Notes: generated by a model from the sequence alone, not told the origin. A DNA stretch of 64,000 nt from Variibacter sp. (GCA_039808325.1 JBDHSU010000007.1:665-64664); one strand, 5' to 3'; shown: positions 20,017 through 29,517, counted from the stretch's first letter. Translations and numbers: made by a program.

Positions 20017-20880
20017 TCACACCACGCTGCGATAACGCGCGACGCAGGTCGCGAGCACATCGTCGATCGGCGCCGACCACCAGCGTTCGGAGAAAATCTC
20101 GACCTCGATAAACCCATCGAAGCCAGCCGCTTCGACGCTTGCGCGCAGGCGCGGAATGTCGATCACGCCGTCGCCCATCATGCCGCGATCGTTGAGCATG
20201 TCGCGCATCGGCACGAGCCAATCGCAGACATGGAAGGCCAAAAGCCGTTCGCGGCCGGCGCGCGCGATCTGCGCGTGCACCTCGAAATCCCACCAGATGT
20301 GGAAGACGTCGAGGGCGACGCCGAGCCCACCCTCCCCTCGCGGATCGAGGCGGTCGCAGATGTCGAGCGCCTGCCGCACTGTGTTTACGCAGGCACGGTC
20401 GGCCGCGTACATCGGATGCAGCGGCTCGACGGCGAGCGGGATACCGGCGGCGCGCGCGTGCGGAAGGAGTTCCGCGATTTCATCCTCGACCATGCGCTGC
20501 GCGGCGGCGAGGTCCTTGCTCGCCGCGCTGCCGGGCCGCGAGAACTGCGGCAGGCCGCCGACGACCAGAACAAGGCAGGGCGCGCCGAGCGCGTGCGCCT
20601 CCTCGAGCGCGCGACGATTGTCGTCACGCATCGCCTGGGCGTGCGCGGCATCCGCGGTGAACAGGCCGCCGCGGCAATAGCCGGACAGCGCGAGGCCGGT
20701 GTCGCGGATCGCCTTCGCCGCGCGATCGAGCCCGACCGCCGCCACCTGGTCGCGCCACGGCGCGACGGCGCGAATGCTATGGCGCGCGCAGGCGTCCGCG
20801 ATCGCGCAAAGGTCGCCCTGCTTGCGCAACGTCGCGGTGTTGATCGAGAGCCGGCGATGATCTCGCGTGAGGTCGCGCAT
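20017..20880 (-). CDS. Sugar phosphate isomerase/epimerase (xylose isomerase-like TIM barrel)
   Basis: 287 aa. AP_endonuc_2-like pattern (…AFHVCDW…, …FIEVEIFS…). Call by general resemblance. Confidence 0.72.
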   Translation of the reverse strand: MRDLTRDHRRLSINTATLRKQGDLCAIADACARHSIRAVAPWRDQVAAVGLDRAAKAIRDTGLALSGYCRGGLFTADAAHAQAMRDDNRRALEEAHALGAPCLVLVVGGLPQFSRPGSAASKDLAAAQRMVEDEIAELLPHARAAGIPLAVEPLHPMYAADRACVNTVRQALDICDRLDPRGEGGLGVALDVFHIWWDFEVHAQIARAGRERLLAFHVCDWLVPMRDMLNDRGMMGDGVIDIPRLRASVEAAGFDGFIEVEIFSERWWSAPIDDVLATCVARYRSVV

Positions 20881-20897
20881 AAATTTCAGAACCTAAG

Positions 20898-21011
20898 CCG
20901 TCATCCTGAGGTGCGAGGGCGAAGCCCGAGCCTCGAAGGATGGCCGCAGACTTGGGGGCCGTCGCCCTTCGAGGCTCGGCGGCTTTGCCGCCTCACACCT
21001 CAGGGTGACGG
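20898..21011. repeat. Family-B long palindromic element
   Basis: CCGTCATCCTGAGGTG...GAGCCTCGAAGGATGG...CCCTTCGAGGCTC...CACCTCAGGGTGACGG. Occupies nearly the whole gap between two co-directional genes. Confidence 0.85.
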
Positions 21012-21012
21012 A

Positions 21013-22200
21013 TCATGCGTCGACGCCGCGGATCGCCATCACCGTGCGCATGCGTGCCAGCGCCATGTCGGGATTGCGCAGCAGCCCGGCGGTGTCGGCG
21101 AGGCGGAAAATCTCGGCGAGATGCAAGGTCGAGCGCGCGCTCTCCTGCCCGCCGACCATGGTGAAATGATCCTGGTGGCCGTTGAGATAGGCCATGAAGA
21201 CGACGCCGGTTTTGTAGAAGCGGGTCGGCGCACGGAAAATGTGGCGCGAGAGCGGCACCGTCGGCGCGAAGATGTCGTTGAAGGTGTTGCCGTCGCCTTT
21301 CGCCAGCGCCGTCAGCGCCGCCGAGGCGGCCGGTGCGATGGCGTCGAAGATACCGAGCAACGCATCGGAGTAGCCCTGCGCGTCGCCCGCGATCAATTCC
21401 GGATAGTTGAAGTCGTCGCCGGAATACATGCGCACGCCCTTGGCGAGGCGGCGACGCATCACGATCTCCTTGTCCTTGTCGAGCAGCGAAACCTTCACGC
21501 CGTCGACCTTCGCGGCGTTGGCGTTGATGATCGAAACGGCCGTGTCCATCGCGACGTCAAGGTCGCTCGCGCCCCAATAACCAGCGAGCGCCGGGTCGAA
21601 CATGTCGCCCAGCCAGTGGATGATCACCGGTTCGCGTGCCTGCGAGAGGATGCGGTCATAGACCTTGGCGTAGTCATCGGCGGATTTCGCGACCCGTGCG
21701 AGCGCGCGCGAGGCCATCAGGATGATGCGCCCGCCGGCGGCCTCGATGGCGCTGAACTGCTCCTCGTAGGCGCGGATGACGTCGTCGATGCCGCGCGCGG
21801 TTTCAGGAGTGAGATGATCGGTGCCGGCGCCGGAGAAGACGAGGCCGTCGCGCGGCTTCGCCGCCGCGACCGAACGTTTGACGAGTTCAAGCGAGGTCGG
21901 CCAGTCGAGCCCCATGCCGCGCTGCGCCGTGTCCATCGCCTCGGCGACCCCGAGGCCGAGGTCCCAGATGTATTCGCGATAAGCGATGGTGCGCTCCCAG
22001 TCGATCGCGACGTCGAGCCAAGGGTCGATCGCGGCGCGCGGATCGGACACCACATGCGCGGCGGAGAACGCCACGCGGTTGAACGGCCCTTGCGCCTTCT
22101 GCGGAAAATTGCGCGGCTCCGACAAATTGAATGTTTCAAGCGATCCGTCGGGCCGCGGCAGGCGAAGCGAGAGATTGCTGACGCGCTCGTAGCGATTCAT
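21013..22200 (-). CDS. DUF993 family protein (DHDPS-like TIM barrel of unknown function)
   Basis: ATG 22200 (MNRYERVSNLSLRLPRPDGS...). FNRVAFSAAHVVSDP, IDWERTIAYREYIWDLGLGVAEAMDTAQRGMGLDW recall DUF993. The track ORF start 22311 is an Arg-rich extension. Confidence 0.72.
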   Translation of the reverse strand: MNRYERVSNLSLRLPRPDGSLETFNLSEPRNFPQKAQGPFNRVAFSAAHVVSDPRAAIDPWLDVAIDWERTIAYREYIWDLGLGVAEAMDTAQRGMGLDWPTSLELVKRSVAAAKPRDGLVFSGAGTDHLTPETARGIDDVIRAYEEQFSAIEAAGGRIILMASRALARVAKSADDYAKVYDRILSQAREPVIIHWLGDMFDPALAGYWGASDLDVAMDTAVSIINANAAKVDGVKVSLLDKDKEIVMRRRLAKGVRMYSGDDFNYPELIAGDAQGYSDALLGIFDAIAPAASAALTALAKGDGNTFNDIFAPTVPLSRHIFRAPTRFYKTGVVFMAYLNGHQDHFTMVGGQESARSTLHLAEIFRLADTAGLLRNPDMALARMRTVMAIRGVDA

Positions 22201-22381
22201 GGGGCACCTCTCCGGCACAGGTCGCGGGCGCGGCAATTGTCGTCGATCGGCCGCCCCGCGACAAGGCCGCACCGCTCGCCCGAGCGGAACGCGATGCCGC
22301 GTTTTCTTCATGCGACCCGGTGTCCACGCCGCCCGAAAACGCTATAGAATGCCGTTACCCTCCCCGATCATGGCATCCCCT

Positions 22382-23374
22382 ATGGCTCGTATTCTGCTCA
22401 CCCACACGCCCGAGATGCGGCGCAACTACTACGGCGACCGGGCGCTCGCCGCGCTGCGCAAGCATGGCGACGTGATCCTTCATGAAGGCGCGGAGACGCT
22501 TGCCGGCGCACGTCTCGTCGAAGCGGCCAAGGGCTGCCAGTTCATCGTCGCCGACCGGGCCACGGCGGGACCGCCGGAGGTGTTCGAGAATTCGCCGGAT
22601 CTCATCGCGTTCCTGCGCGTCGCGGTCGACATCAGCACCATCAACGTGCCGGCGGCGAGCAAAGCCGGCGTGCTCGTGACGCAGGCGACGCCGGGCTTCA
22701 TCGCCTCGGTCACCGAAATGGCGCTCGGCTTCATGATCGACCTCGGCCGCGGCATCACCGAGGCGACGAACGCCTATCGCGCGGGCCAGGAGATGGAGCC
22801 GCGCATGGGCAACCAGCTCAAGGGGGCGACGCTCGGCATCATCGGCTACGGCGCGATCGGGCGGAACCTCGCGCCGCTCGGCGTGGCGCTCGGCATGACG
22901 GTGCTGGTCAGCGATCCGTACCAGACGATCGCGACGCCGGGCGTGACGCAGACCGATCTTGAGACCCTTCTGGCGCAATCCGACTACGTCGTCTGCCTTG
23001 CCATCGCCAACAAGGACACCGAGAATCTGATGAACGCGCCGGCGTTCGCGCGCATGAAGCCGACGGCGTTCTTCATCAACATGTCGCGCGGCCAACTGGT
23101 CGATGAGGACGCGCTGGAGCAGGCGCTCGACCAAAAGAGGATCGCCGGCGCCGCCATGGATGTCGGCCGCGCGCCAGACCAGCGCCCGTCGATGCGCCTT
23201 GCGAAACGCAGCGACGTGATCGCGACGCCGCACACCGCCGGCCTCACGCCGCAGGCGGCCGAGCACCAGGCGTTCGACACGGTGAAGCAGGTCGGCGAAT
23301 TGGTCGCAGGGCGCGTGCCGCCCGGCGCTGTCAATGTCAAAGACGCGACGCGGCTGTCGCGGTTGAAATCCTGA
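22382..23374 (+). CDS. D-isomer-specific 2-hydroxyacid dehydrogenase family protein
   Basis: NAD motif GIIGYGAIGRNLA, MSRGQLVDEDAL, TPHTAG. Start ATG 22382 (MARILLTH), alternative 22370. Confidence 0.85.
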   Translation: MARILLTHTPEMRRNYYGDRALAALRKHGDVILHEGAETLAGARLVEAAKGCQFIVADRATAGPPEVFENSPDLIAFLRVAVDISTINVPAASKAGVLVTQATPGFIASVTEMALGFMIDLGRGITEATNAYRAGQEMEPRMGNQLKGATLGIIGYGAIGRNLAPLGVALGMTVLVSDPYQTIATPGVTQTDLETLLAQSDYVVCLAIANKDTENLMNAPAFARMKPTAFFINMSRGQLVDEDALEQALDQKRIAGAAMDVGRAPDQRPSMRLAKRSDVIATPHTAGLTPQAAEHQAFDTVKQVGELVAGRVPPGAVNVKDATRLSRLKS

Positions 23375-23396
23375 ATTGGCGCATTGGAGGCCCAAC

Positions 23397-23915
23397 ATGG
23401 ACGCAAAAACGCAGGAGAGCGGCAAGGTCGTGATCCGTGGACCGAACGAGGGCGAGAGCTTCTGGCAGCCCGTGCCGGCCAACGGCTTCGTGCGCAACAT
23501 CTTCAACGGCCGCGATCTCGGCGCGCGCAACGATTTCTCCATCGGCACGCAGACGGTGGCGCCGAACTCCTTCATCCGCGAACACACGCACGCGGATCAT
23601 GAAGAGATCATCTATGTCGTCGAAGGCAAGGGCGTCGCGCGGGTCGACGGCGTCGATCATCCGCTCGAGGTCGGCTCCTGCGTCTTCCTCGGCGTCAACC
23701 GCAAGCACCACTTCCTCAACCCGCACGACGAGCCGATGACCTTCGTCGTCCTGTTGATGCCGGGCGGGCTCGACAAATTCTTCGCCGAGATCGGAAGAAA
23801 GCGCACTCCGGGGGAGCCGGCGCCGGAGCCTTTCCCGCGCCCGGAGAACATCGCCGAGATCGAGGCGCGCACGGTGTTCGGCTGGGTCGACGCCAGCTTC
23901 AACCGCAAGACATGA
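23397..23915 (+). CDS. Cupin domain protein
   Basis: ATG 23397 preceded by TGGAGG. EHTHADHEEIIYVVEGKG cupin motif 1. Confidence 0.75.
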   Translation: MDAKTQESGKVVIRGPNEGESFWQPVPANGFVRNIFNGRDLGARNDFSIGTQTVAPNSFIREHTHADHEEIIYVVEGKGVARVDGVDHPLEVGSCVFLGVNRKHHFLNPHDEPMTFVVLLMPGGLDKFFAEIGRKRTPGEPAPEPFPRPENIAEIEARTVFGWVDASFNRKT

Positions 23916-24739
23916 GCGCCGTGGAGACTTCGGTGCTGGAGACGGACGACGGCGCCCGCCTTGCCGTTGACGTCAACGGCAAGGCGTCGGGGACGCAGCC
24001 GGACCTGCTGCTGGTGACGGGGCTTGGCGGCACGTCGGCGTTCTGGGCGCCGCTGGTGGCGCCGCTCGCCGAACGCTTCCGCGTCATCCGCCTCGACCAG
24101 CGCGGCGTCGCGCGCAGCACACGCGGCGGCGCGGCGAAAGTCGACATCGACGTGCTCGCCCGCGACTGCCACGCGGTGCTCGCGCATGTCGGGGCGACGC
24201 GCGCGGTCCTGATCGGCCATTCGACGGGCGGGGTGATCCTGCAGACCATGGCGCTACAGAACGAAACGCCGATCCGCGGGCTGATCCTGAGCGGCACCTG
24301 GCTCAAACCGAACCGCTACATGACGGAACTGTTCACGTCGCGCAAAGCGGTATTGCAGCAGTTGCCGCAGGCCTATGCGGCGCAGCTCGCCTTCGCCGCC
24401 TATCCGCCGGAATGGCTCAACAGGAACTGGGATCGGCTCGATACCGCGGTCGCCGGCGCGCTCACCGATCCGGCGGCGCGCGAGGCGATGCTCGAGCGCA
24501 TCGACGCCATCATCGCCTACGACCGCAGCGCCGAGGTCGGGCGGATCAAGGCGCCGCAACTGATCCTCGGCGCGGAGGACGATCTCATCGTTCCGGCGTT
24601 CCTGCAGCGCGACCTGATGCAGGCCTTCCCGAAAGCGCAGTCGCACTTCTTCGCCACCGGCGGCCACTTCTTCCCGATCACGCAGGCGAAGGGGTTTCTC
24701 GCGCAAGTGCGGACGTTCGCCGAGAGGCGGAGCGACTGA
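23912..24739 (+). CDS. Alpha/beta hydrolase (3-oxoadipate enol-lactonase-like)
   Basis: 275 aa. GHSTGG nucleophile elbow. ATGA overlap with the cupin gene. Confidence 0.83.
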   Translation: MSAVETSVLETDDGARLAVDVNGKASGTQPDLLLVTGLGGTSAFWAPLVAPLAERFRVIRLDQRGVARSTRGGAAKVDIDVLARDCHAVLAHVGATRAVLIGHSTGGVILQTMALQNETPIRGLILSGTWLKPNRYMTELFTSRKAVLQQLPQAYAAQLAFAAYPPEWLNRNWDRLDTAVAGALTDPAAREAMLERIDAIIAYDRSAEVGRIKAPQLILGAEDDLIVPAFLQRDLMQAFPKAQSHFFATGGHFFPITQAKGFLAQVRTFAERRSD

Positions 24740-24771
24740 CGCAGCTCGTTGGAGAGTCGTGCGCTCTCTCT

Positions 24772-24890
24772 CCGTCATCCTGAGGTGCTCGCGCAGCGAG
24801 CCTCGAAGAATGCACGGCCAATGTCCTCGCGACCGAGGCCGTCATCCTTCCAGGCTCGGCGTGAGTACGCCTCGCACCTCAGGATGACGG
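24772..24890. repeat. Family-B long palindromic element
   Basis: CCGTCATCCTGAGGTG...GAGCCTCGAAGAATG...CCTTCCAGGCTC...CACCTCAGGATGACGG, between convergent genes. Confidence 0.85.
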
Positions 24891-24937
24891 GTCGTTACTT
24901 AAACCAGACTGCGCTTCATCTCTCCCTGTGGGGAAGA

Positions 24938-26281
24938 TCAGAACCCCGGGCAGATATAGCCGGTGCCGCTCGGCGCATGGAAGCAGCCGACCGATTCCGG
25001 CAGCAGGTACTTCGGCAGCCACAGCACCACCTGCGGGAAGAAAATGCAGAAGGCGATGGTCGCGAAGAACACGAGATAGAGCGGCAGCGTCCGCACCACC
25101 GCCTTCGTGAAGCTCACCCCGACGAATTTCGACGCCATCAATAGCGATATGCCATAGGGCGGCGTGATCAGTCCGAACGCCAGGGTCACGACGATGACGA
25201 CGCCCATGTGGACGGGGTTGATCTCCCCGAGTTGCGTCAGCACGCTGATGATCGGCATGAAGATGATGATCGCCGGAATGGCGTCCATGAAGTCGCCGAT
25301 GATCACGAACAGCACCACCAGCAGGAACATGATCATCAGCGGATTGGTGCCGGCAACCTCAGAAATCCAGCCGGAAACGACATCGGGCCCCTTCAGATAG
25401 GCCAGCATCCAGCCGAAGGCGGAGGCTGCCGCGACGGCTGCGAGCGGGATGGAATAAAGAAGCCCGGCATTGGCGAAGTCGGTCGCCAGATGCTTGATGT
25501 GCTTGCGGTTGAGCAGCGGGATAAGCACGAACGTGATATAGGCGACGGCGATCAATCCCGCCTCGGTCGGCGTGAACAAGCCGGAGAGGATGCCGCCCAT
25601 GATGATCACCGGGATCATCAGCGGCAGCGCGGAGAGCTTCAGGGCTTCGGTGAATTGGCCGAAAGTCGCGCGCTCGCGCTTGACGCCGATCGGACCGAAG
25701 AAGCGATTGAAGATCATGATGCCGAAGCCGACGAGCAGGCCCGGGACGACGCCGCCGAGGAACAGGCCGCCGATCGAAACGTTGCCGGTAGCGCCGTAAA
25801 CAACCGCCATGATGCTTGGCGGAATAAGGTTCGCGATGGTGGAGGCCGAGGCGATGACCGCCGCCGTGTAGTCGCGATCGTAGCCCTCCTTGTCCATTTC
25901 CGGGCCGACGGTGCGCGCAAGCACGGCGACGTCGGCGGTGGATGAACCTGATATGCCGGCGAAGAACATGCTGAACACGGCGACGATCTGCGCCAAGCCG
26001 CCGCGCATGTGCCCGACCAGCGTCTGCGCCAGCACGATCATGCGATGCGTGACATTGGCAGACGTCATCAACTCGCCGACGAGCAGGAAGAACGGCACCG
26101 CAAGCAGCGCCTCGGTGTCGATGCCGTGGAACAACTGGCCGATGATCGAGCTGAAGCTCACATGTGTCATGTAGACGGCGAACAGCACGCCCGAAATGAT
26201 CGCGAACGCGACCGGCACGCCGGCATAACCGAGACCCAAGAAGATCGCGGCCATGCAGAGGATGATCCATCCGTTACTCAT
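24938..26281 (-). CDS. TRAP transporter large permease (DctM family)
   Basis: 447 aa polytopic membrane protein with a typical DctM N-terminus (IILCMAAIFLGLGYAGVPVAFAI). Overlaps the DctQ gene by 8 nt. Confidence 0.92.
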   Translation of the reverse strand: MSNGWIILCMAAIFLGLGYAGVPVAFAIISGVLFAVYMTHVSFSSIIGQLFHGIDTEALLAVPFFLLVGELMTSANVTHRMIVLAQTLVGHMRGGLAQIVAVFSMFFAGISGSSTADVAVLARTVGPEMDKEGYDRDYTAAVIASASTIANLIPPSIMAVVYGATGNVSIGGLFLGGVVPGLLVGFGIMIFNRFFGPIGVKRERATFGQFTEALKLSALPLMIPVIIMGGILSGLFTPTEAGLIAVAYITFVLIPLLNRKHIKHLATDFANAGLLYSIPLAAVAAASAFGWMLAYLKGPDVVSGWISEVAGTNPLMIMFLLVVLFVIIGDFMDAIPAIIIFMPIISVLTQLGEINPVHMGVVIVVTLAFGLITPPYGISLLMASKFVGVSFTKAVVRTLPLYLVFFATIAFCIFFPQVVLWLPKYLLPESVGCFHAPSGTGYICPGF

Positions 26282-26819
26282 GGTGGGTCTCCGCCACGTG
26301 AGATTCGCCGGAGCCGAAGCCGTTCTTCAATCCGTTGACGAGTTGCTCGATCTCGAACAAGGCAATGAAGGCGCCGGAGACCGGAACGATGATCGTGTAG
26401 TAGCCGAGCGGGATGAGCGACGGCATGCGGAAGCTGCCCATGTCGTTGAGGAAGTTCTCCCAGCCGAAGATGATCATGAACATCGCCACGATGAAAACGA
26501 CGACGCGGGAAAAGACTTCGAAGGCGCGCCGTGCTTCCGGACTCAGCGTGCTTACGATCTCGGTCAGGTACATGTGCTCGTTGCGCCGCGCGGCGAGCGC
26601 CATGCCGATGAAGACGCCGTAGGCGAAACAGCCGGTGGTGACTTGCTGCAACCAGAGCCAGGGATAGCCGATCTGTCGCGTGATCACGTCGAACAGGACA
26701 GACAGCGAAAACCCGATGATGGCGGCGCCGCCGGCGACGTAGAGGAATGCTTCCAGGCCGTCGAGCGCCGGCCATTTGAGATTGCGCTCTCGCGCAGAAA
26801 CAAAAGGTTCAGACCACAC
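26274..26819 (-). CDS. TRAP transporter small permease (DctQ family)
   Basis: 4-TM small protein between the DctP and DctM genes. Best start is GTG 26819 (AAGGGAGGGG SD, 6-nt spacing). The track start GTG 26846 is also possible. Confidence 0.8.
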   Translation of the reverse strand: MWSEPFVSARERNLKWPALDGLEAFLYVAGGAAIIGFSLSVLFDVITRQIGYPWLWLQQVTTGCFAYGVFIGMALAARRNEHMYLTEIVSTLSPEARRAFEVFSRVVVFIVAMFMIIFGWENFLNDMGSFRMPSLIPLGYYTIIVPVSGAFIALFEIEQLVNGLKNGFGSGESHVAETHHE

Positions 26820-26892
26820 GGCGCCCCTCCCTTGCGCTGAAGACACAAAAAGGCTGACGCCGGCCCATGCCGGCGTCAGCCTTTCGCCACGG

Positions 26893-27903
26893 CTATTTTA
26901 CGTTGCGAACCATGCCGAGGATCTTCACGGCATGCGGACCGAGCTCTTTCGCGAGTTGATCCTGGACCGGCTCCGCGGCCTTTATGAAGCCCGACTTATC
27001 GACATTTTCGACGATCTTGACGCCGAGTTTCTTTAGCTTCTCGCCGGAGTCTTTCTCGAGCTGCAGCGCCTTTGCCGGCTCGACTTGGCTCACATAGTCG
27101 GCGGTGTCCTGAACCCACTTCTTCTGCTCGTCGGTCAGGCTGCTCCAGGTCTTGTCGCTGACCCAGATGCAATTGTTGTTGGCCTCGTGCTCCGTCATGG
27201 AGAGGATGGGGGCGACCTCGTAATGCTTGTTCGACATGTAGACGTTGACGCCATTCTCGGCGATCTGCACGACGCCCGTCTGCAGCGAAGTGTAAACCTC
27301 ACCGAAGGGCATATGCACCGTCTGCGCGCCATAGGCGGGGAAGTGCGTGTCCTCCGTCTTCGTCGCCTGGACGCGCACCTTCTTGCCCTTGATGTCGTCG
27401 ATCGATTTGATCTCCTGCTTCGAATACATGTTGCGCAGGCCCATGGTGATGAGGCCGAGCACATGCGCGCCCTGCACCGATTCCGTGATCATTTCACGGA
27501 AGGCTTTGGAAATCCCCGGATCGGCGAGCACCTTCTTGAGGTGATCCTGATCGCGGAAGATGTAGTGCAGCGAGAACACGCCGGCTTGCGGCGCTGCCGT
27601 GGAGGCGTTTGCGGTCGAGGTAATCACGAAATCGATGTCGCCGGCCCGCATCTTCTGGAGCATCTGCGGCTCCTGGCCGAGCTGCGCCGCCGGGAACTGA
27701 TCGACCGAGAACTTGCCGCCGCTAAGTTCTTTCAGCTTGGCCGCGAAGAGATCGCCGGCAACGCCATACGCGGTGGATTTCGGTTGATCGTAAGCAAAGG
27801 TGAATTTGCGCTCCTGCGCCCGAGTGTCGCCGGTCGCGTATGCAAGCGCGAGAATGCCGACGCCGAGACACAGGAATCGTCTAGTCGCAACGCAATTCCT
27901 CAT
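26893..27903 (-). CDS. TRAP transporter substrate-binding protein (DctP family)
   Basis: ATG 27903 (GGGAGGGG SD) gives signal peptide MRNCVATRRFLCLGVGILALAYA. Mature protein has the DctP-like layout. Confidence 0.9.
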   Translation of the reverse strand: MRNCVATRRFLCLGVGILALAYATGDTRAQERKFTFAYDQPKSTAYGVAGDLFAAKLKELSGGKFSVDQFPAAQLGQEPQMLQKMRAGDIDFVITSTANASTAAPQAGVFSLHYIFRDQDHLKKVLADPGISKAFREMITESVQGAHVLGLITMGLRNMYSKQEIKSIDDIKGKKVRVQATKTEDTHFPAYGAQTVHMPFGEVYTSLQTGVVQIAENGVNVYMSNKHYEVAPILSMTEHEANNNCIWVSDKTWSSLTDEQKKWVQDTADYVSQVEPAKALQLEKDSGEKLKKLGVKIVENVDKSGFIKAAEPVQDQLAKELGPHAVKILGMVRNVK

Positions 27904-28445
27904 CGAACCCCTCCCAATCGTCCTTATGCATCTTGCTTGTATCGACTTATAGGATGACATGATCCGCGCCACGGCGAACGAGAGTCAAGTTAAGTTGCAG
28001 GCTCGCGCGATTTTTTTTGTCTGACAACTTTGTTAGTACGCGCCGCTCCCAGGATGGAGCCCATTGCCGCCAGGCCGAGCGATGACGTCGTGGATGCGCC
28101 AAACCACGCCGCTGCCCACCGGGTTGACGCTGGCAAATCTTGCGCGCCACGGCGGACCGCCGAGCCATCGACGATGCATCGCCGGCGAAGTCGTGGCAGC
28201 CCGGGCGAGCGTCGACATGCCCGTTAACAGTGTCGTTTCAAGAGGATAGGCGCAGTCCACGCGGGCGCGAGCGGCCTTTTCGCAACCGCAGGTGGCGCAG
28301 GAAAAGCTCTCCACGTTGCCCTGGATATATGGCGGATCAAGTGCCCGCGGCATCCGCTTTCTTCGCAGTGGCGAAGGCGAAACGGACGCATCGCAGCGGC
28401 ACAATGCAGACTTGCACCTGAGTCAGTTTTGGGACAGAACAAACA

Positions 28446-28466
28446 GGCGGAATAGGCTATTCCGCC
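28446..28466. promoter_or_regulatory. Near-perfect palindrome GGCGGAATAG-G-CTATTCCGCC, candidate operator
   Basis: 10-bp arms separated by 1 nt, 30 nt upstream of the DapA-like gene start. A 1-nt loop is too short for an RNA hairpin, so a dimeric DNA-binding site is more likely. Confidence 0.3.
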
Positions 28467-28495
28467 ACCGCAATCGGCTACGAAGGATCGCGACA

Positions 28496-29461
28496 ATGGG
28501 ACGTTTCAAAGGATTCGAGCCTGCCGGCGTTATCCCGGCGACGCTGCTTGCCTTCAACACGGACATGTCGATCGACGAGGCCGAGACGCGGCGGCATCTC
28601 ACGCATGTCGCCGGCACCCGGGGCATCACGGCGATCACCGTCAACGGCCACTCCAACGAGGTGCATGCGCTGAACTTCGAGGAGCAGCAGCGCGTCCTCG
28701 CCTTCTCGCTCGCGGCGGTCGGCGACAAGCTGCCGCTGATCAACGGCGTCTATGCCGACGGCAGCCTCGAGGCGGCGCGCATCGCCAAGATGGCCGCCCA
28801 GGAAGGGGCCTCGGGCCTGCTCGTGTTCCCGCCGAACAGCATGGTGTGGGGCGGGCATCTGCGCCCCGAAATGGCGATCGAGCACTTCAAGCGCATCGCC
28901 GGCGAGACCGACCTGCCGATCATCCTGTTCCAGTATCCGATGGGCACCGGGCTCGGCTATCCGTTCGAGACGCTGCTCAAGGTGTTCGAGGCGGTGCCGA
29001 CCATCCGCGCGATGAAGGACTGGTGCGCCGACCCGCAATTGCACGAGAAGCACACGCGCGAACTGCAGTCGCTGTCGAAGCCGGTGACGCTGCTGACGAC
29101 GCACAGCGCCTGGCTGATGGGCTCGCTGACCATGGGCGCCAAGGGGCTTCTCTCCGGCGCCGGCAGCGTCGTCGCCGACCTGCAGGTGGCGCTGTTCGAA
29201 GCCGTCCAGGCGAACGATCTCGTCAAGGCGAAGAAGATCAACGACCGGCTCTATCCGATGCAGCAGGCGTTCTACGCACCGCCGTTCCTCGACATGCACA
29301 ACCGCATGAAGGAGGCGCTGGTGCTGCTCGGCCGCATGAAGCAGGCGGTCGTGCGCCCGCCGCTGATGAAGCTCTCCGACGCCGAGATCGCGCAACTCAA
29401 GGCCGCGATCGCGCAAGCGCAGATCCAGCCGGAAGGCGCCTTCGCCGTCGCCGCCGAATAA
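28496..29461 (+). CDS. Dihydrodipicolinate synthase (DapA/NAL) family lyase, substrate unknown
   Basis: ATG 28496 (MGRFKGFEPAGVIPATLLAF). Family landmarks VNGHSNE, FQYP and Schiff-base Lys in IRAMKDW. Confidence 0.83.
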   Translation: MGRFKGFEPAGVIPATLLAFNTDMSIDEAETRRHLTHVAGTRGITAITVNGHSNEVHALNFEEQQRVLAFSLAAVGDKLPLINGVYADGSLEAARIAKMAAQEGASGLLVFPPNSMVWGGHLRPEMAIEHFKRIAGETDLPIILFQYPMGTGLGYPFETLLKVFEAVPTIRAMKDWCADPQLHEKHTRELQSLSKPVTLLTTHSAWLMGSLTMGAKGLLSGAGSVVADLQVALFEAVQANDLVKAKKINDRLYPMQQAFYAPPFLDMHNRMKEALVLLGRMKQAVVRPPLMKLSDAEIAQLKAAIAQAQIQPEGAFAVAAE

Positions 29462-29485
29462 GCGGCCGCCGGCCCGCGACGATCC

Positions 29486-29517
29486 GCAGCCTTCCCTCGA
29501 TCACGGGGGAAGGCTGC
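29486..29517 (+). terminator. Strong stem-loop after the DapA-like gene (no U-tract)
   Basis: GCAGCCTTCCC (29486-29496) pairs with GGGAAGGCTGC (29507-29517). Lies 25 nt after the stop codon. Confidence 0.35.

Noticed and set aside
20230-22347. 705-aa plus-strand ORF
   Set aside because: Antisense to the TIM-barrel and DUF993 genes and running through repeat B2. No recognisable domain.
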